Shown: piece by piece, positions 30,255 to 40,345 of the stretch | How the letters are laid out: each line of letters begins with the position of its first letter | Numbering within the stretch: position 1 is the first letter of the stretch | Notes under the pieces: generated by a model | What the model saw: only the letters and a program-made list of their open reading frames with translations | What the model was told of the DNA's origin: nothing | Databases searched by the model: none | Position numbers and translations under genes: made by a program | Source of the DNA: Candidatus Kaiserbacteria bacterium RIFOXYB1_FULL_46_14 | Lineage (GTDB): Bacteria > Patescibacteriota > Minisyncoccia > Phycocordibacterales > UBA918 | Direction of reading: 5' to 3' | DNA length: 64,000 nucleotides | NCBI GenBank assembly: GCA_001783525.1 | Contig: MFMS01000004.1 | Location: 28,741-92,740 of the forward strand

Positions 30255-30570
30255 CGTATCCTCCTGATATTGGACATGTTAAGAACAAAAGAACTAACTC
30301 ACTTCGAAACAAAAACGACCACGTTTGGCGCGGCCGGTTTTGATTTCTTGAACTTACGTATCAAACCGACCCGCTTAACGATGCGAGAATCACCAGAAGC
30401 ATAAAGAATCCCCAAGCAGGAAACTCATTACTCCTTATTGCGATTTGATACGTATGTACCATATAGAGAATATATATCCGCGTCTTTTTGCTGTCAAATG
30501 TTGCGGGGTGGAAATTTTCTGGTACTCTCCCTGCAGACTTCATCAGCACATCAAAAAGAAAGGGTATTCC

Positions 30571-31221
30571 ATGTCAGGCGAGCTAATCGTTATCTGTACC
30601 GGAAAAACCGGGAGAAAGTACATCAACGACGAGGGGGAGCAAGCGGACGTAACACCGTTCGTCGGATCGGACAACGACCAACTTGGTATCGGTATCTTCG
30701 TTACACGGGCTGACGGAACCGAGAAAGCGTGGATATGGGGACTTCTCATACCACACCTTCTCATACGATCATGGCGCGCAATGAAACTACTCGAAGCGAT
30801 GCCGCGTATCCGCGTGCACGGGAGCCTCAGCCATTGCTGGAGCCTGGCCTGCGATCCATTACACAGTGGCGAAAACAAGTACCTTGATGAAGAAGGCGCC
30901 CTGTTTGGTAACTACGATAAATTCCGCGAAGCACGGGCGCAAATCCTCGCGGCGTTTCCTTCAACCACCATGCTCAAGAATATGCTTAAGGTCATCGACA
31001 AGCACGGCCTCCAAGTCTCGAACAATGAAATCCAGATGTGTCGAAGTAAGCTTGCAGCAGCGAACATTATCCTAGAACGACTCTGTGTCGCCGACGAAGC
31101 GCGACGCAGACGAGCTGAGGTCGAAGCAAACGCCAACGCCAAACGCGAGGCGGATCGCATCAAGATTGCTGAGGCAGTGATGGAAAAACGTAAATCATTC
31201 TTCCGTCGCTGGTTCTTCTGA
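30571..31221 (+). CDS. Hypothetical protein
   Basis: Long ORF; start chosen after AAAGGG; terminator at ~31227-31258. Confidence 0.75.
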   Translation: MSGELIVICTGKTGRKYINDEGEQADVTPFVGSDNDQLGIGIFVTRADGTEKAWIWGLLIPHLLIRSWRAMKLLEAMPRIRVHGSLSHCWSLACDPLHSGENKYLDEEGALFGNYDKFREARAQILAAFPSTTMLKNMLKVIDKHGLQVSNNEIQMCRSKLAAANIILERLCVADEARRRRAEVEANANAKREADRIKIAEAVMEKRKSFFRRWFF

Positions 31222-31303
31222 CACTAATAGGGCCGATCGCTTCGCGATCGGCCTATTCTTTAACTTGAGAGTTTGAAACCACAACTACAACCAGTTCTGT
31301 CGG

Positions 31304-31390
31304 CGGAGAGAGCGAGATTCGAACTCGCGAACCCTGTTAGGGGTCGACAGTTTAGTAAACTGTTGGTTTCAGCCACTCACCCATCTCTCC
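31304..31390 (-). tRNA. tRNA-Ser(ACU), unusual A34 anticodon
   Basis: GGAGAGA acceptor, G73, long variable arm, ACAGT-TTACTAA-ACTGT. Confidence 0.9.
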
Positions 31391-31415
31391 ATTTTCTATA
31401 TCAAATTTGGCGCGG

Positions 31416-31502
31416 CGGAGACGGCGAGATTCGAACTCGCGAGGCCGATTAAAGCCTGGCCCCTTAGCAAGGGGCTACGTTAGACCACTCTGACACGTCT
31501 CC
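31416..31502 (-). tRNA. tRNA-Ser(GCU)
   Basis: GCCCC-TTGCTAA-GGGGC, long variable arm. Confidence 0.95.
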
Positions 31503-31620
31503 AAATATTTACCCTTGGACACAAATCCAAAAGTTGCTCTATATTGCCCTATTTGTTGTACCTTTTCAAATATTTGATTTGTTGTAATTATTTAGGGAGA
31601 CCACAACCGGGAGAGCTGCG

Positions 31621-31770
31621 ATGGAAAACGACAAAAAGACGAGTGTCATTCTCAACGAGGAGAACGTTTCCACAAGAGACGAACCTCCTGCGGAACAGGA
31701 ACAGGTTACTAAGCTCACCCCCGAACAACCGCCTCGGGTAATGACCGAAGGCGAATGGAACGGTTGGTGA
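31621..31770 (+). CDS. 49-aa acidic small protein (not in ORF track)
   Basis: GGGAG upstream; MENDKKTSVILNEENVSTRDEPPAEQEQVTKLTPEQPPRVMTEGEWNGW; hairpin 31775-31804 directly after. Confidence 0.55.
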   Translation: MENDKKTSVILNEENVSTRDEPPAEQEQVTKLTPEQPPRVMTEGEWNGW

Positions 31771-31824
31771 ACAAGGCCGCGCGCACCTAAAGGTGCGCGC
31801 GGCCAAATTCTTTTTTAATCTCTA

Positions 31825-32997
31825 CTACTTAATCACACTCGCCACCGCCTTAGATAAGCCGGGGGTCATAACAGAAGGAATGATGTTATCAACTGTTGGT
31901 TTCTTTACCAAAGAAGCAATCTTCTTAGCCGCCGCCAATTTCATATCATCAGTGATATGAGTCACATTACGATCTAGCGCCCCGCGAAAAATACCAGGGA
32001 AAGCCAGAGAGTTGTTGACCTGATTAGGATAGTCACTGCGGCCAGTCGCCATTATCATTGCCCCCGCACGCTTAGCATCATCTGGAGTAATCTCCGGCAC
32101 CGGATTAGCCAGTGCGAACACTACCGCTTTTGGAGCCATCTTCTCTACATGGTGCCTTGTGATAGAACCAGGACCAGAAACCCCGATCAAAACATCAGCA
32201 TCAGCAACCGCGTCCATCACTTCGCCAGTTACCCCTCGTGGGTTGGTGACTTTGGCGAGTTCCTTCTTGTAGCCAGAGAGTCCCGAGCGGCCGGCCGAGA
32301 TGACACCGCTTTTATCAACTACGATCACATCCTCTACCTTCGCCTCCCTTAAGAGCAACGCGACCGCGCAGCCGGCCGCGCCAGCCCCCACAATCACCAC
32401 TTTCATCTTCTCCAACTTTTTCCCTACCACCTTCGCCGCATTGATTAGACCGGCCAAAACCACAATCGCTGTACCGTGCTGATCATCGTGCATGACCGGA
32501 ATCTTGAGTTCTTTTTTCAATCGCTCCTCGATCATAAAACACTGCGGTGCGGTAATATCCTCCAAATTGATGCCGCCAAAGGTGGGCGCAATCGCCTTCA
32601 CGATTTTTATAATCTCCTCCGGATCATGAGTATCAAGTACGATCGGGAAAGCATCCACACCGCCCATAGCTTTAAAGATCGCGCACTTTCCTTCCATCAC
32701 CGGTAGTGCACCGAGGGCGCCGAGATTACCAAGACCGAGAACAGCTGAACCATCTGAAACCACTGCCACTGTATTGCGTTTGATCGTGTACTCGCGCGCG
32801 TCCTTAGGGTGTTTGGCAAGATGCGCAGAAACCGCACCGACCCCAGGTGTGTACATAGTGCTCCAATCATCCTTGGTTTTAAGCTCACCTTTCAAAGTCA
32901 CTTCGAGCTTCCCCTTCATTTTCTTATGGCGCTCTAGAGCCATCTTGTTATAGTCTTTCTTAAGAATGATTCGTCGCGGAGTCTTTTTTTTGGCCAT
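31825..32997 (-). CDS. NAD(P)-dependent malic enzyme
   Basis: YTPGV, DGSAVLGLG, HDDQHGTA, GAGAAG, NQVNN. Confidence 0.95.
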   Translation of the reverse strand: MAKKKTPRRIILKKDYNKMALERHKKMKGKLEVTLKGELKTKDDWSTMYTPGVGAVSAHLAKHPKDAREYTIKRNTVAVVSDGSAVLGLGNLGALGALPVMEGKCAIFKAMGGVDAFPIVLDTHDPEEIIKIVKAIAPTFGGINLEDITAPQCFMIEERLKKELKIPVMHDDQHGTAIVVLAGLINAAKVVGKKLEKMKVVIVGAGAAGCAVALLLREAKVEDVIVVDKSGVISAGRSGLSGYKKELAKVTNPRGVTGEVMDAVADADVLIGVSGPGSITRHHVEKMAPKAVVFALANPVPEITPDDAKRAGAMIMATGRSDYPNQVNNSLAFPGIFRGALDRNVTHITDDMKLAAAKKIASLVKKPTVDNIIPSVMTPGLSKAVASVIK

Positions 32998-33059
32998 ACA
33001 AGTCTAATTAAAATAACGGACACAGTATAACATCGCCCTCAGTTTGCTATCATTGAACA

Positions 33060-35243
33060 ATGTCGCCTTCCGATCTGCTTTCCAAACATTTCCGCATTGA
33101 TGTCTCCCACCTAAAGGCGCTTAAGCGACTCCGTATCGAGACCGTGGGCGATCTGCTCCACCACTTGCCCGTCCGCTATGAAGACGTGAGCGATATTCAA
33201 TCCGTACAAGGATTATCAATTGGTGCCGAGGCCGTAGTATATGGCCAACTTGGTGGACTCAAGGCACGCAAGGCCTGGAAAAGCCGCCGACCAATTGCTG
33301 ACGGCTATCTAGAGGACGGCACAGCACGCATCAAACTGATGTGGTTCAACCAACCGTACATCGCTAAGATGTACCGCGACGGTCAGTTTGTAAAAGCAGT
33401 TGGTAAAGTCACCGGTTCTCCAGGGAAAGAATACATCGCCAACCCCGAACTCGAGCCACTTGATCATTTGCCAATCGATCGCCACGACTCGATTTTCAAA
33501 ACAAGCAACAGTGAAGACACTATTTACCCGATCTACAAAGAGAGTCAGGGTGTAACTAGCCGCTGGTTTTACCACACGGCCATTAAGTGTTTTGAGTCCG
33601 GCGTATTAGACCAACTCGAAGATCCGATACCAGAAGAAATACGAAAGCGCTATAAGCTCTACCCACTATCAACCGCACTTCGCTACATACACTCCCCAAA
33701 AAAGCTTGAGCATGCCGAAGGCGCACGCAAGCGTTTTGCCTTTGAAGAGGTTTTTTATATACAAGTAGAAATGGCGAGGAGGCGCGCCGCGGTCAGCGCC
33801 GCCACGACCTATCAGATCGATTCTGGCAAAGAACACGTGCAAGAATTTGTTGATCGCTTCCCCTTCAAACTGACCGCGGCGCAGAACAAAGCCATCAAAG
33901 AAATTCTCGAAGACTTCAAAAGAAACCATGCGATGTCTCGTCTTCTTGAAGGCGACGTCGGTAGCGGCAAGACGGCCGTGGCCGCCACGACTGCCTATGC
34001 GGTCGCGATGAGCCGCCCGCCCGAAGGGCGGGCGGCTGGGGCACGTGGCAATCTGGAATACGGAAATCTCCAAGTTGCTTACATGGCACCCACCGAAATC
34101 CTAGCCAAACAACACTTCGAAAGTTTCATTCAATACTTCTCTCACCTGCCGGTTCAGATCGGACTCATCACAGGTAGTGGTTGTTATAAATTTCCGTCCA
34201 AGACAGACCCGCGAAAACCGACCAAAATATCTAGAACACAGCTACTCAAATGGGTAAAAAATGGTGAGGTGCCGATTCTGATCGGCACACACGCACTCAT
34301 TTATAAAAGCGTGGAGTTCAAACATTTGGCCTACGTTATCATCGATGAACAACATCGTTTCGGCACTAATCAACGCAAGGCGCTCACCAAAAAAGGTGCG
34401 CCTATGCCGCACCTCTTGTCGATGACAGCCACTCCGATTCCTCGCACACTCTCCCTCACTATTTATGGTGACTTAGATATTACACTACTAGACCAAATGC
34501 CTGCTGGCCGCAAAGCTGTCATTACCAAAATCATCGGCCCACAACAACAAGGACCAATGTACGAGCACGTCCGATCTGAAATCCAGTCTGGGCGACAAGC
34601 TTACGTCATTTGCCCGCGCATCAATGAGCCCGATCCAGAAAAGGAAAACGCACTCAACTTAAAAAGCGTAGTCGCGGAGGCAGAGCGCTTGAAGCGCGAC
34701 ATCTTTCCAAACACTAAAATCGATGTACTTCACGGCAAGATGACGCCGACCGAAAAGGACAAAGTGATGGCGCGCTTTTTGGCACACGAAAGCGACATCT
34801 TAGTAGCTACTTCGGTAGTCGAGGTCGGCGTCAATGTGCCCAACTCCACCAACATCATCATCGAAGGCGCCGAACGTTTTGGTCTTTCGCAACTCCACCA
34901 ACTACGCGGTCGCGTCATTCGTGGCACATATCAGCCCTACTGCTTTGCCGTTACAGAATCCAAGAGTGAAAAAACGCGCGATCGACTTAAAGCCCTTGTC
35001 ACCGCCAAAAACGGCTTTGAACTCTCCGAATATGACCTGCAATTCCGCGGCGCGGGCGAACTTTACGGCGGCAAACAATCGGGCCTGTCTGACCTTGGTA
35101 TGGAAGCGATCAAAAACCTCAAGCTGGTAGAGGCTGCTCGAAGCGAAGCGCGAGACTTAATAGAAAATGATCCCGAACTTATTGGTCATCCCCAGATCAA
35201 AGAACGCATCGCAAAAATTGATCAGTCACTACACATGGAGTGA
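33060..35243 (+). CDS. recG: ATP-dependent DNA helicase RecG
   Basis: RLLEGDVGSGKT, DEQHRFG, MTATPIPRTL, QLHQLRGRV. Confidence 0.97.
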   Translation: MSPSDLLSKHFRIDVSHLKALKRLRIETVGDLLHHLPVRYEDVSDIQSVQGLSIGAEAVVYGQLGGLKARKAWKSRRPIADGYLEDGTARIKLMWFNQPYIAKMYRDGQFVKAVGKVTGSPGKEYIANPELEPLDHLPIDRHDSIFKTSNSEDTIYPIYKESQGVTSRWFYHTAIKCFESGVLDQLEDPIPEEIRKRYKLYPLSTALRYIHSPKKLEHAEGARKRFAFEEVFYIQVEMARRRAAVSAATTYQIDSGKEHVQEFVDRFPFKLTAAQNKAIKEILEDFKRNHAMSRLLEGDVGSGKTAVAATTAYAVAMSRPPEGRAAGARGNLEYGNLQVAYMAPTEILAKQHFESFIQYFSHLPVQIGLITGSGCYKFPSKTDPRKPTKISRTQLLKWVKNGEVPILIGTHALIYKSVEFKHLAYVIIDEQHRFGTNQRKALTKKGAPMPHLLSMTATPIPRTLSLTIYGDLDITLLDQMPAGRKAVITKIIGPQQQGPMYEHVRSEIQSGRQAYVICPRINEPDPEKENALNLKSVVAEAERLKRDIFPNTKIDVLHGKMTPTEKDKVMARFLAHESDILVATSVVEVGVNVPNSTNIIIEGAERFGLSQLHQLRGRVIRGTYQPYCFAVTESKSEKTRDRLKALVTAKNGFELSEYDLQFRGAGELYGGKQSGLSDLGMEAIKNLKLVEAARSEARDLIENDPELIGHPQIKERIAKIDQSLHME

Positions 35244-35255
35244 TATAATTAGCCT

Positions 35256-35990
35256 ATGTTAGACGTGCTGCTACGAGCCCTTCGACACCCCATCTCATAC
35301 AGCAAAATATACCGTGTTACAAATCTCACTTTCAAAGAGAAAATACACGAAGTGGGAGACATTTACTCTTTTATCTTCACATCCGAGTACTTGCCGAATT
35401 GGCGAGCCGGACAACACGCCATTTTCACAATCCCAGACAAACCTGTTGAAGGTAAGGCTTGGCGGGCGTTTTCGGTTGCCTCGGCACCGCACGAGAACGA
35501 GATCAGAATCGGCACAATCGTAAGCAGTGAACCAAGCAGTTTCAAACAACAGCTTTCCTCCTTACAAACCGGAGAAAAGATCCGAATGTACGGTCCTTAC
35601 GGTGAACTTTGTTTAAATGAGAAAATGCAGAAAGTGATCGGCGTTGCCGGCGGTATTGGAATCACTCCTTTTAGATCTATTGTCAAAGATCTCTCAGAAA
35701 AATCTTCGACACTTAAGCTTCAGCTTATCTATTCTGCTCGTGACAATCAACACACTTATCGTAACGATATGGAAAAATGTCGTGAAAGAAACCAAAACAT
35801 CTCCATCATTTACACCGCTTCACCGGAAGAAGTTAACGCCGCTCTAGAGAATGCGGTCGCAGAAAACCATAACGACGCTCACTATCTCCTATCTGGCCCA
35901 CCGAAGATGATCGAGTCCTTGCGACTTAAACTCCTAGGTCTTGGAATATCAAGGAAACGCATCCTCAATGATCCTTTCAAAGGATACTAA
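35256..35990 (+). CDS. Ferredoxin-NADP reductase-like FAD/NAD oxidoreductase
   Basis: RAFSVAS, GPYG, AGGIGITPFRS, SGPPKM. Confidence 0.88.
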   Translation: MLDVLLRALRHPISYSKIYRVTNLTFKEKIHEVGDIYSFIFTSEYLPNWRAGQHAIFTIPDKPVEGKAWRAFSVASAPHENEIRIGTIVSSEPSSFKQQLSSLQTGEKIRMYGPYGELCLNEKMQKVIGVAGGIGITPFRSIVKDLSEKSSTLKLQLIYSARDNQHTYRNDMEKCRERNQNISIIYTASPEEVNAALENAVAENHNDAHYLLSGPPKMIESLRLKLLGLGISRKRILNDPFKGY

Positions 35991-36034
35991 CGTGAAGTTG
36001 AAGGTTGTGGCTTATAGGTTATAGTATTGACCAT

Positions 36035-36108
36035 CCGCCCTTAGCTCAGTTGGTTAGAGCACAGAGCTTATACCTCTGGGGTCCTTGGTTCGAGTCCAAG
36101 AGGGCGGA
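36035..36108 (+). tRNA. tRNA-Ile(UAU)
   Basis: CCGCCCT acceptor, A73, CAGAG-CTTATAC-CTCTG. Confidence 0.92.
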
Positions 36109-36161
36109 CAGGTATATAAAAAGGCGCCCTTAGGGCGCCTTTTTATCAATACCAAACCGTC

Positions 36162-38171
36162 CTATTCCTTCAAATGACTGGCATCGAACTCAATCGCCTT
36201 TGTTGGATCAGCCAATCCTTCTTCAGCCAAGCGAGCGTCTCGATACACATCTTGTATTTCCACACCTTCGGCTTTCAGAATACCTTCGTATTCATCACGC
36301 TCAAGTGTCTCCACTTCAATCAATCGCTTGGAAATAGCATCGAGAGCCGCGCGGTATTTTGTCAAAACATCACGAGCAGTTTCCATTCCTTCAGAGATCA
36401 ACTTAGAAACTTCTTCATCGATAGTCTTAGCGACATCTGGAGAGTAGCCGCGGTCCTCACCGAAGCCTCCACCGATCAACCGGCCACCCGAGCCTTCAAG
36501 TGCTACTGGTCCTAGTCGAGTACTCATTCCATACTTGGTAACCATATCGCGCGCTAAGTTTGCAACGACCTGCAAGTCATTCGACGGGCCAGTGGTCAGA
36601 TCACCAAAGACCATCTCCTCTGCCACATAACCACCAAGCGTCATCGCAATATCATCAATGAATTCTTTCTTCGAATGCATCTTGCGATCTTCGTCTGGCA
36701 ATTTAAGTGTGTAGCCGGCAGCGCGACCGCGAGAGATGATCGAAATCTTCTGCACCGGATCGGCATAAGGCAATACTGAAGAAACCAGAGCGTGTCCCGC
36801 TTCGTGATACGCAGTTACCTCTCTTTCCTTCTTCGAAAGCAAATGACTCTTGCGTTCTGGACCAAGCATAACCTTCTCAATCGAACGGATGATATCAAAC
36901 TGCGCCACTGTCTTTCGTTCTTCGCGAGCCGCGAGAATGGCAGCCTCGTTCATCAAGGATTGTAGATCAGCGCCAGAGAACCCTGGAGTTCGTGTAGCAA
37001 TAACCTCTAGATTCACATCATCAGCCAATGGCTTCTTGCGCGCATGTATTCCAAGAATTGCTTTTCGATCATCACGATCAGGCAAATCAATGGTGACACG
37101 TCGGTCGAAGCGACCAGGGCGGACCAGAGCAGGATCAAGTACATCTGGGCGGTTGGTCGCCGCCATCACGATCACTTTTTCGGATGGTTCAAAACCATCC
37201 ATCTCAACCAAAATCTGGTTTAGAGTTTGTTCACGCTCATCATTACCGCCACCAATACCAGTACCACGAATACGGCCGACGGCATCGATCTCATCAACGA
37301 AGATAATCGATGGTGCAGCGCGCTTGGCCATTTGGAACAAGTCGCGCACACGCGATGCACCAACACCAACAAACATCTCTACGAATTCTGAACCAGAGAT
37401 AGAGAAGAATGGTACTCCTGCCTCGCCCGCAACCGCACGCGCCAAGAGAGTTTTACCTGTACCAGCCGGACCCATCAGAAGCACTCCCTTCGGAATCTCC
37501 GCACCGATATCGAGAAACTTCTTTGGGTTCTTTAAGAAGTCCACAATCTCCTCGAGCTCTTGCTTCGCTTCTTTAGCTCCAGCCACATCCTTGAAGGTTA
37601 CCTTCTGCGACTGGTCGGAAGGATCAATCACACGTGCTTTAGACATTCCGAAGTTGAGTGCCTGCATACCAGCGCCACGCACCGAACGAGTGAAAAACCA
37701 AATAATGATCAGGAGGAAAAAGAGCGGAAAAAGGAACGGCGCAAAAGTACCCAAATAGTACGTAAAGCCTGTTTCGTTCTTGACGTCGATCGAAACTGCG
37801 GAGAGAGCGTCGTGTCCTACACCGAGATTGGCGAGAGTTTCAGTCACGGAAGAGTCCGTTTCTTTCTTACCCTCTGCTTTAGCTCTGCTTTCGTCTTTGT
37901 AACTAACCTCAAGCTTACTGCCACGTACCACAATTTCTTTAACTGTCCCCTCTTTTACATCAGCAGCAATCTGAGACAGTGAGATTTCCTGCACTTCAAC
38001 TTTTTGCTCCACAAAGTACGAATAGGCAGCAACAACTAGCATTAAGACCAATACGGTCGAGAGCATATTGTTCCAAAAATTGCCCGGACCAACTGGCATC
38101 TTCTTAATTAAATCGCTCGCGCCACGACCCTTATTCTCCTTCTTTTTACCTTTTTCCTTTTTCGTTGACAT
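36162..38171 (-). CDS. ftsH: ATP-dependent zinc metalloprotease FtsH
   Basis: 2 [22 protein letters not shown]. Confidence 0.98.
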   Translation of the reverse strand: MSTKKEKGKKKENKGRGASDLIKKMPVGPGNFWNNMLSTVLVLMLVVAAYSYFVEQKVEVQEISLSQIAADVKEGTVKEIVVRGSKLEVSYKDESRAKAEGKKETDSSVTETLANLGVGHDALSAVSIDVKNETGFTYYLGTFAPFLFPLFFLLIIIWFFTRSVRGAGMQALNFGMSKARVIDPSDQSQKVTFKDVAGAKEAKQELEEIVDFLKNPKKFLDIGAEIPKGVLLMGPAGTGKTLLARAVAGEAGVPFFSISGSEFVEMFVGVGASRVRDLFQMAKRAAPSIIFVDEIDAVGRIRGTGIGGGNDEREQTLNQILVEMDGFEPSEKVIVMAATNRPDVLDPALVRPGRFDRRVTIDLPDRDDRKAILGIHARKKPLADDVNLEVIATRTPGFSGADLQSLMNEAAILAAREERKTVAQFDIIRSIEKVMLGPERKSHLLSKKEREVTAYHEAGHALVSSVLPYADPVQKISIISRGRAAGYTLKLPDEDRKMHSKKEFIDDIAMTLGGYVAEEMVFGDLTTGPSNDLQVVANLARDMVTKYGMSTRLGPVALEGSGGRLIGGGFGEDRGYSPDVAKTIDEEVSKLISEGMETARDVLTKYRAALDAISKRLIEVETLERDEYEGILKAEGVEIQDVYRDARLAEEGLADPTKAIEFDASHLKE

Positions 38172-38229
38172 TGCAAGGATTATACAGAAATAGCTAGCTT
38201 TTGCTATATTTATGCTTATATTTATTGCA

Positions 38230-38676
38230 ATGACAGATTACGTCAGAAATAAAAAAGTTACTCTCAACTTCGAACTTTTAGATAAGTTTGAAGCGGGGGT
38301 TGTTTTGCTTGGTACGGAAGTGAAGTCAATCCGCCAAGGACAAGGCAAACTCGATGGCGCGCACGTGGTAGTGCGCGGGGGCGAAGCATACCTGGTAGGT
38401 GCCTCAATCCCACCTTTCCAAAAAGTAAACGCCCCTGCCGACTACGACAATGAGCGAGTCCGTAAGCTCCTGCTTTCGAAGAAAGATATCTTGAACCTCT
38501 ATAATGAAAGTGAGAAGAAGGGCTTGACAATAGTGCCAATTAGATGGTACAATAATGGGGTCAAATTGAAGCTTGAGATCGCTGTTGCGAAGGGTAAAAA
38601 GAAACACGATAAGCGTGATACCATCAAGCAACGCGATACCAAGCGCGAGATTGAGAGGACATTGAAAAACCAATAA
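38230..38676 (+). CDS. smpB: SsrA-binding protein
   Basis: EAGVVLLGTEVKSIR, RKLLL, KGKKKHDKR. Confidence 0.96.
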   Translation: MTDYVRNKKVTLNFELLDKFEAGVVLLGTEVKSIRQGQGKLDGAHVVVRGGEAYLVGASIPPFQKVNAPADYDNERVRKLLLSKKDILNLYNESEKKGLTIVPIRWYNNGVKLKLEIAVAKGKKKHDKRDTIKQRDTKREIERTLKNQ

Positions 38677-38705
38677 ATTGAAATTGACTGTTCAAAGGTG
38701 TGATC

Positions 38706-38984
38706 ATGGGGACCACACCAAAATGGGAGGAAATTGAAATGCCATTACCAAATGGAAATCTCCTCGTCTTTGGCGAGGAAATCAATCCCGCAGATATCGA
38801 CAACCACCCCTTCCTTGCCCCTCGGGGCAGGGTGAGACTCGCCAAAAATCAAGTCGAGGCGATTCTCGACGAGCTCACTGCAGAGGAAATCAACCTCCTC
38901 CGCAGTGAGCTCGAAGAAGCGTTGAATCCCTCCTCCGAGAAGGGTCTCGGCAAGGCACTTCTTCTCTACGCCGTTCTTCACTAG
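38706..38984 (+). CDS. Hypothetical protein
   Basis: Acidic ORF with AAGGTG upstream. Confidence 0.6.
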   Translation: MGTTPKWEEIEMPLPNGNLLVFGEEINPADIDNHPFLAPRGRVRLAKNQVEAILDELTAEEINLLRSELEEALNPSSEKGLGKALLLYAVLH

Positions 38985-39097
38985 TTTGTTCTTTCCGGTG
39001 AACGCAATGAGTAATGCGTTCACCACACCTTTGAGTAGTCAATTTCAAAATGGAAAAATGAAAAGTGTGTCAATGAGGACACCTAAGGAGGCCTGCG

Positions 39098-39271
39098 ATG
39101 TCTCAACCTGAAGTTGTCAGCAAAAAGATCAAGTTCCTAGGTGAACTTGTAGATCTAGATAAGTTGGAGAAGTCTGGTTTTATATTTATCGAGGTGAATG
39201 ACGCAAAAAAGTCACCCTTAAACTTTATCAATCTCTACTACCCCACCAATCGGCGAACGGATAAAAAATAA
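39098..39271 (+). CDS. 57-aa hypothetical protein (not in ORF track)
   Basis: TAAGGAGG 6 nt before ATG; MSQPEVVSKKIKFLGELVDLDKLEKSGFIFIEVNDAKKSPLNFINLYYPTNRRTDKK. Confidence 0.6.
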   Translation: MSQPEVVSKKIKFLGELVDLDKLEKSGFIFIEVNDAKKSPLNFINLYYPTNRRTDKK

Positions 39272-39352
39272 TCCGTTCGCCACACTTTTCATTTTTTCAT
39301 TCCTCTGCCCTCCCCCGAACACCTTCAATCTTTCTTAGATTGAAGGTGTTCG

Positions 39353-39729
39353 GGGGATGACAGGCATCGACGGTTTGTCTGATTCATCTGCGCAATGCCG
39401 AAATTGGAACCACTTCGTTAAGAGGTTCTATCTGTATCTGCAAACAAAGCAATACCAAGTCCGTTCTCATACGGATTCGCCTTCGCTCGAGCGTAAGTTC
39501 GCGTAGGTGACGCTAACCTACCCCACGTCTGATAAGGTAGCGTTGGTGGAATAGCATCGGACTCTAGATAATTAATTTGTTCCATTAATTATCCGAATTG
39601 TTAGGAACTGCTCGTCTAAAGGTTTTGCCTACTTTTCCACTTCAGACGCTAAGATCTAAACTAGGCTATGCATTGTAGAACCAGTTGGGTCAACATTCTC
39701 GGACGGCGGTTCGACTCCGCCCATCTCCA
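39353..39729 (+). ncRNA. ssrA: tmRNA; predicted tag (A)ANKAIPSPFSYGFAFARA at 39440-39496
   Basis: GGGGATG...TCGAC 5' end, GGCGGTTCGACTCCGCCCATCTCCA 3' end with G3-U70, near smpB. Confidence 0.95.
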
Positions 39730-39978
39730 CGAGTACAAAAATCACCCACACATTTGTGTGGGTGATTTTTGTTCGTGGAGATGGAGAAAGCAAACTGCTT
39801 TGCTTTCGCGCGGAGTCGAACGGGCGGATCTTTGTTTTTCTTCCTTTCTAGAAGATGGTGCTCCGGCTATAAATACACCCTCCGTTACAACGGCAGGGTG
39901 TTTTCTTTACTAAGTTGCTAAACTTGCTAAAAGCTAATTTATATTGTACTATGTAAGGAGACTACCACGGAGGTATTG

Positions 39979-40332
39979 ATGATAAAGAACCCAGAAAGTT
40001 ACCTTAACGGGTACCTGGCAATCATGAACCCGGACGAGGGTTTCACCCTCTATGGGCAGATTCGGAAGATTAGCTTTGGCATGGACTCAATTTTTATCAT
40101 TGAGTTCCATTGGTTGGCAGAGATGAAACACTACTCTGCGGCCACCTGGGTAATAACCCCAGTGGACCAGAAGATGTTTTCGACTGAGTTCTTCCATGTG
40201 ATGCCGCCAGATTCACCTGGGACATCTAAACTCTGGTCTCCGTTTACCGGGGTGATGATGGAGTTCTCAAACATGCCGACCACGAATGGGCCCAGCCTTG
40301 AGTTCTACAAGGAACTTATAGCTACCGCCTGA
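39979..40332 (+). CDS. Hypothetical protein (SD-led)
   Basis: GGAGGT upstream; lies downstream of tmRNA. Confidence 0.7.
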   Translation: MIKNPESYLNGYLAIMNPDEGFTLYGQIRKISFGMDSIFIIEFHWLAEMKHYSAATWVITPVDQKMFSTEFFHVMPPDSPGTSKLWSPFTGVMMEFSNMPTTNGPSLEFYKELIATA

Positions 40333-40345
40333 ATGGAGGACTAAG

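Noticed and set aside
30299-30440. TAAGGAG-led small ORF on the minus strand
   Set aside because: SD spacing is only 2 nt and the frame closes after 12 codons.
36850-37758. 302-aa plus-strand ORF
   Set aside because: Antisense shadow of the conserved ftsH AAA domain.
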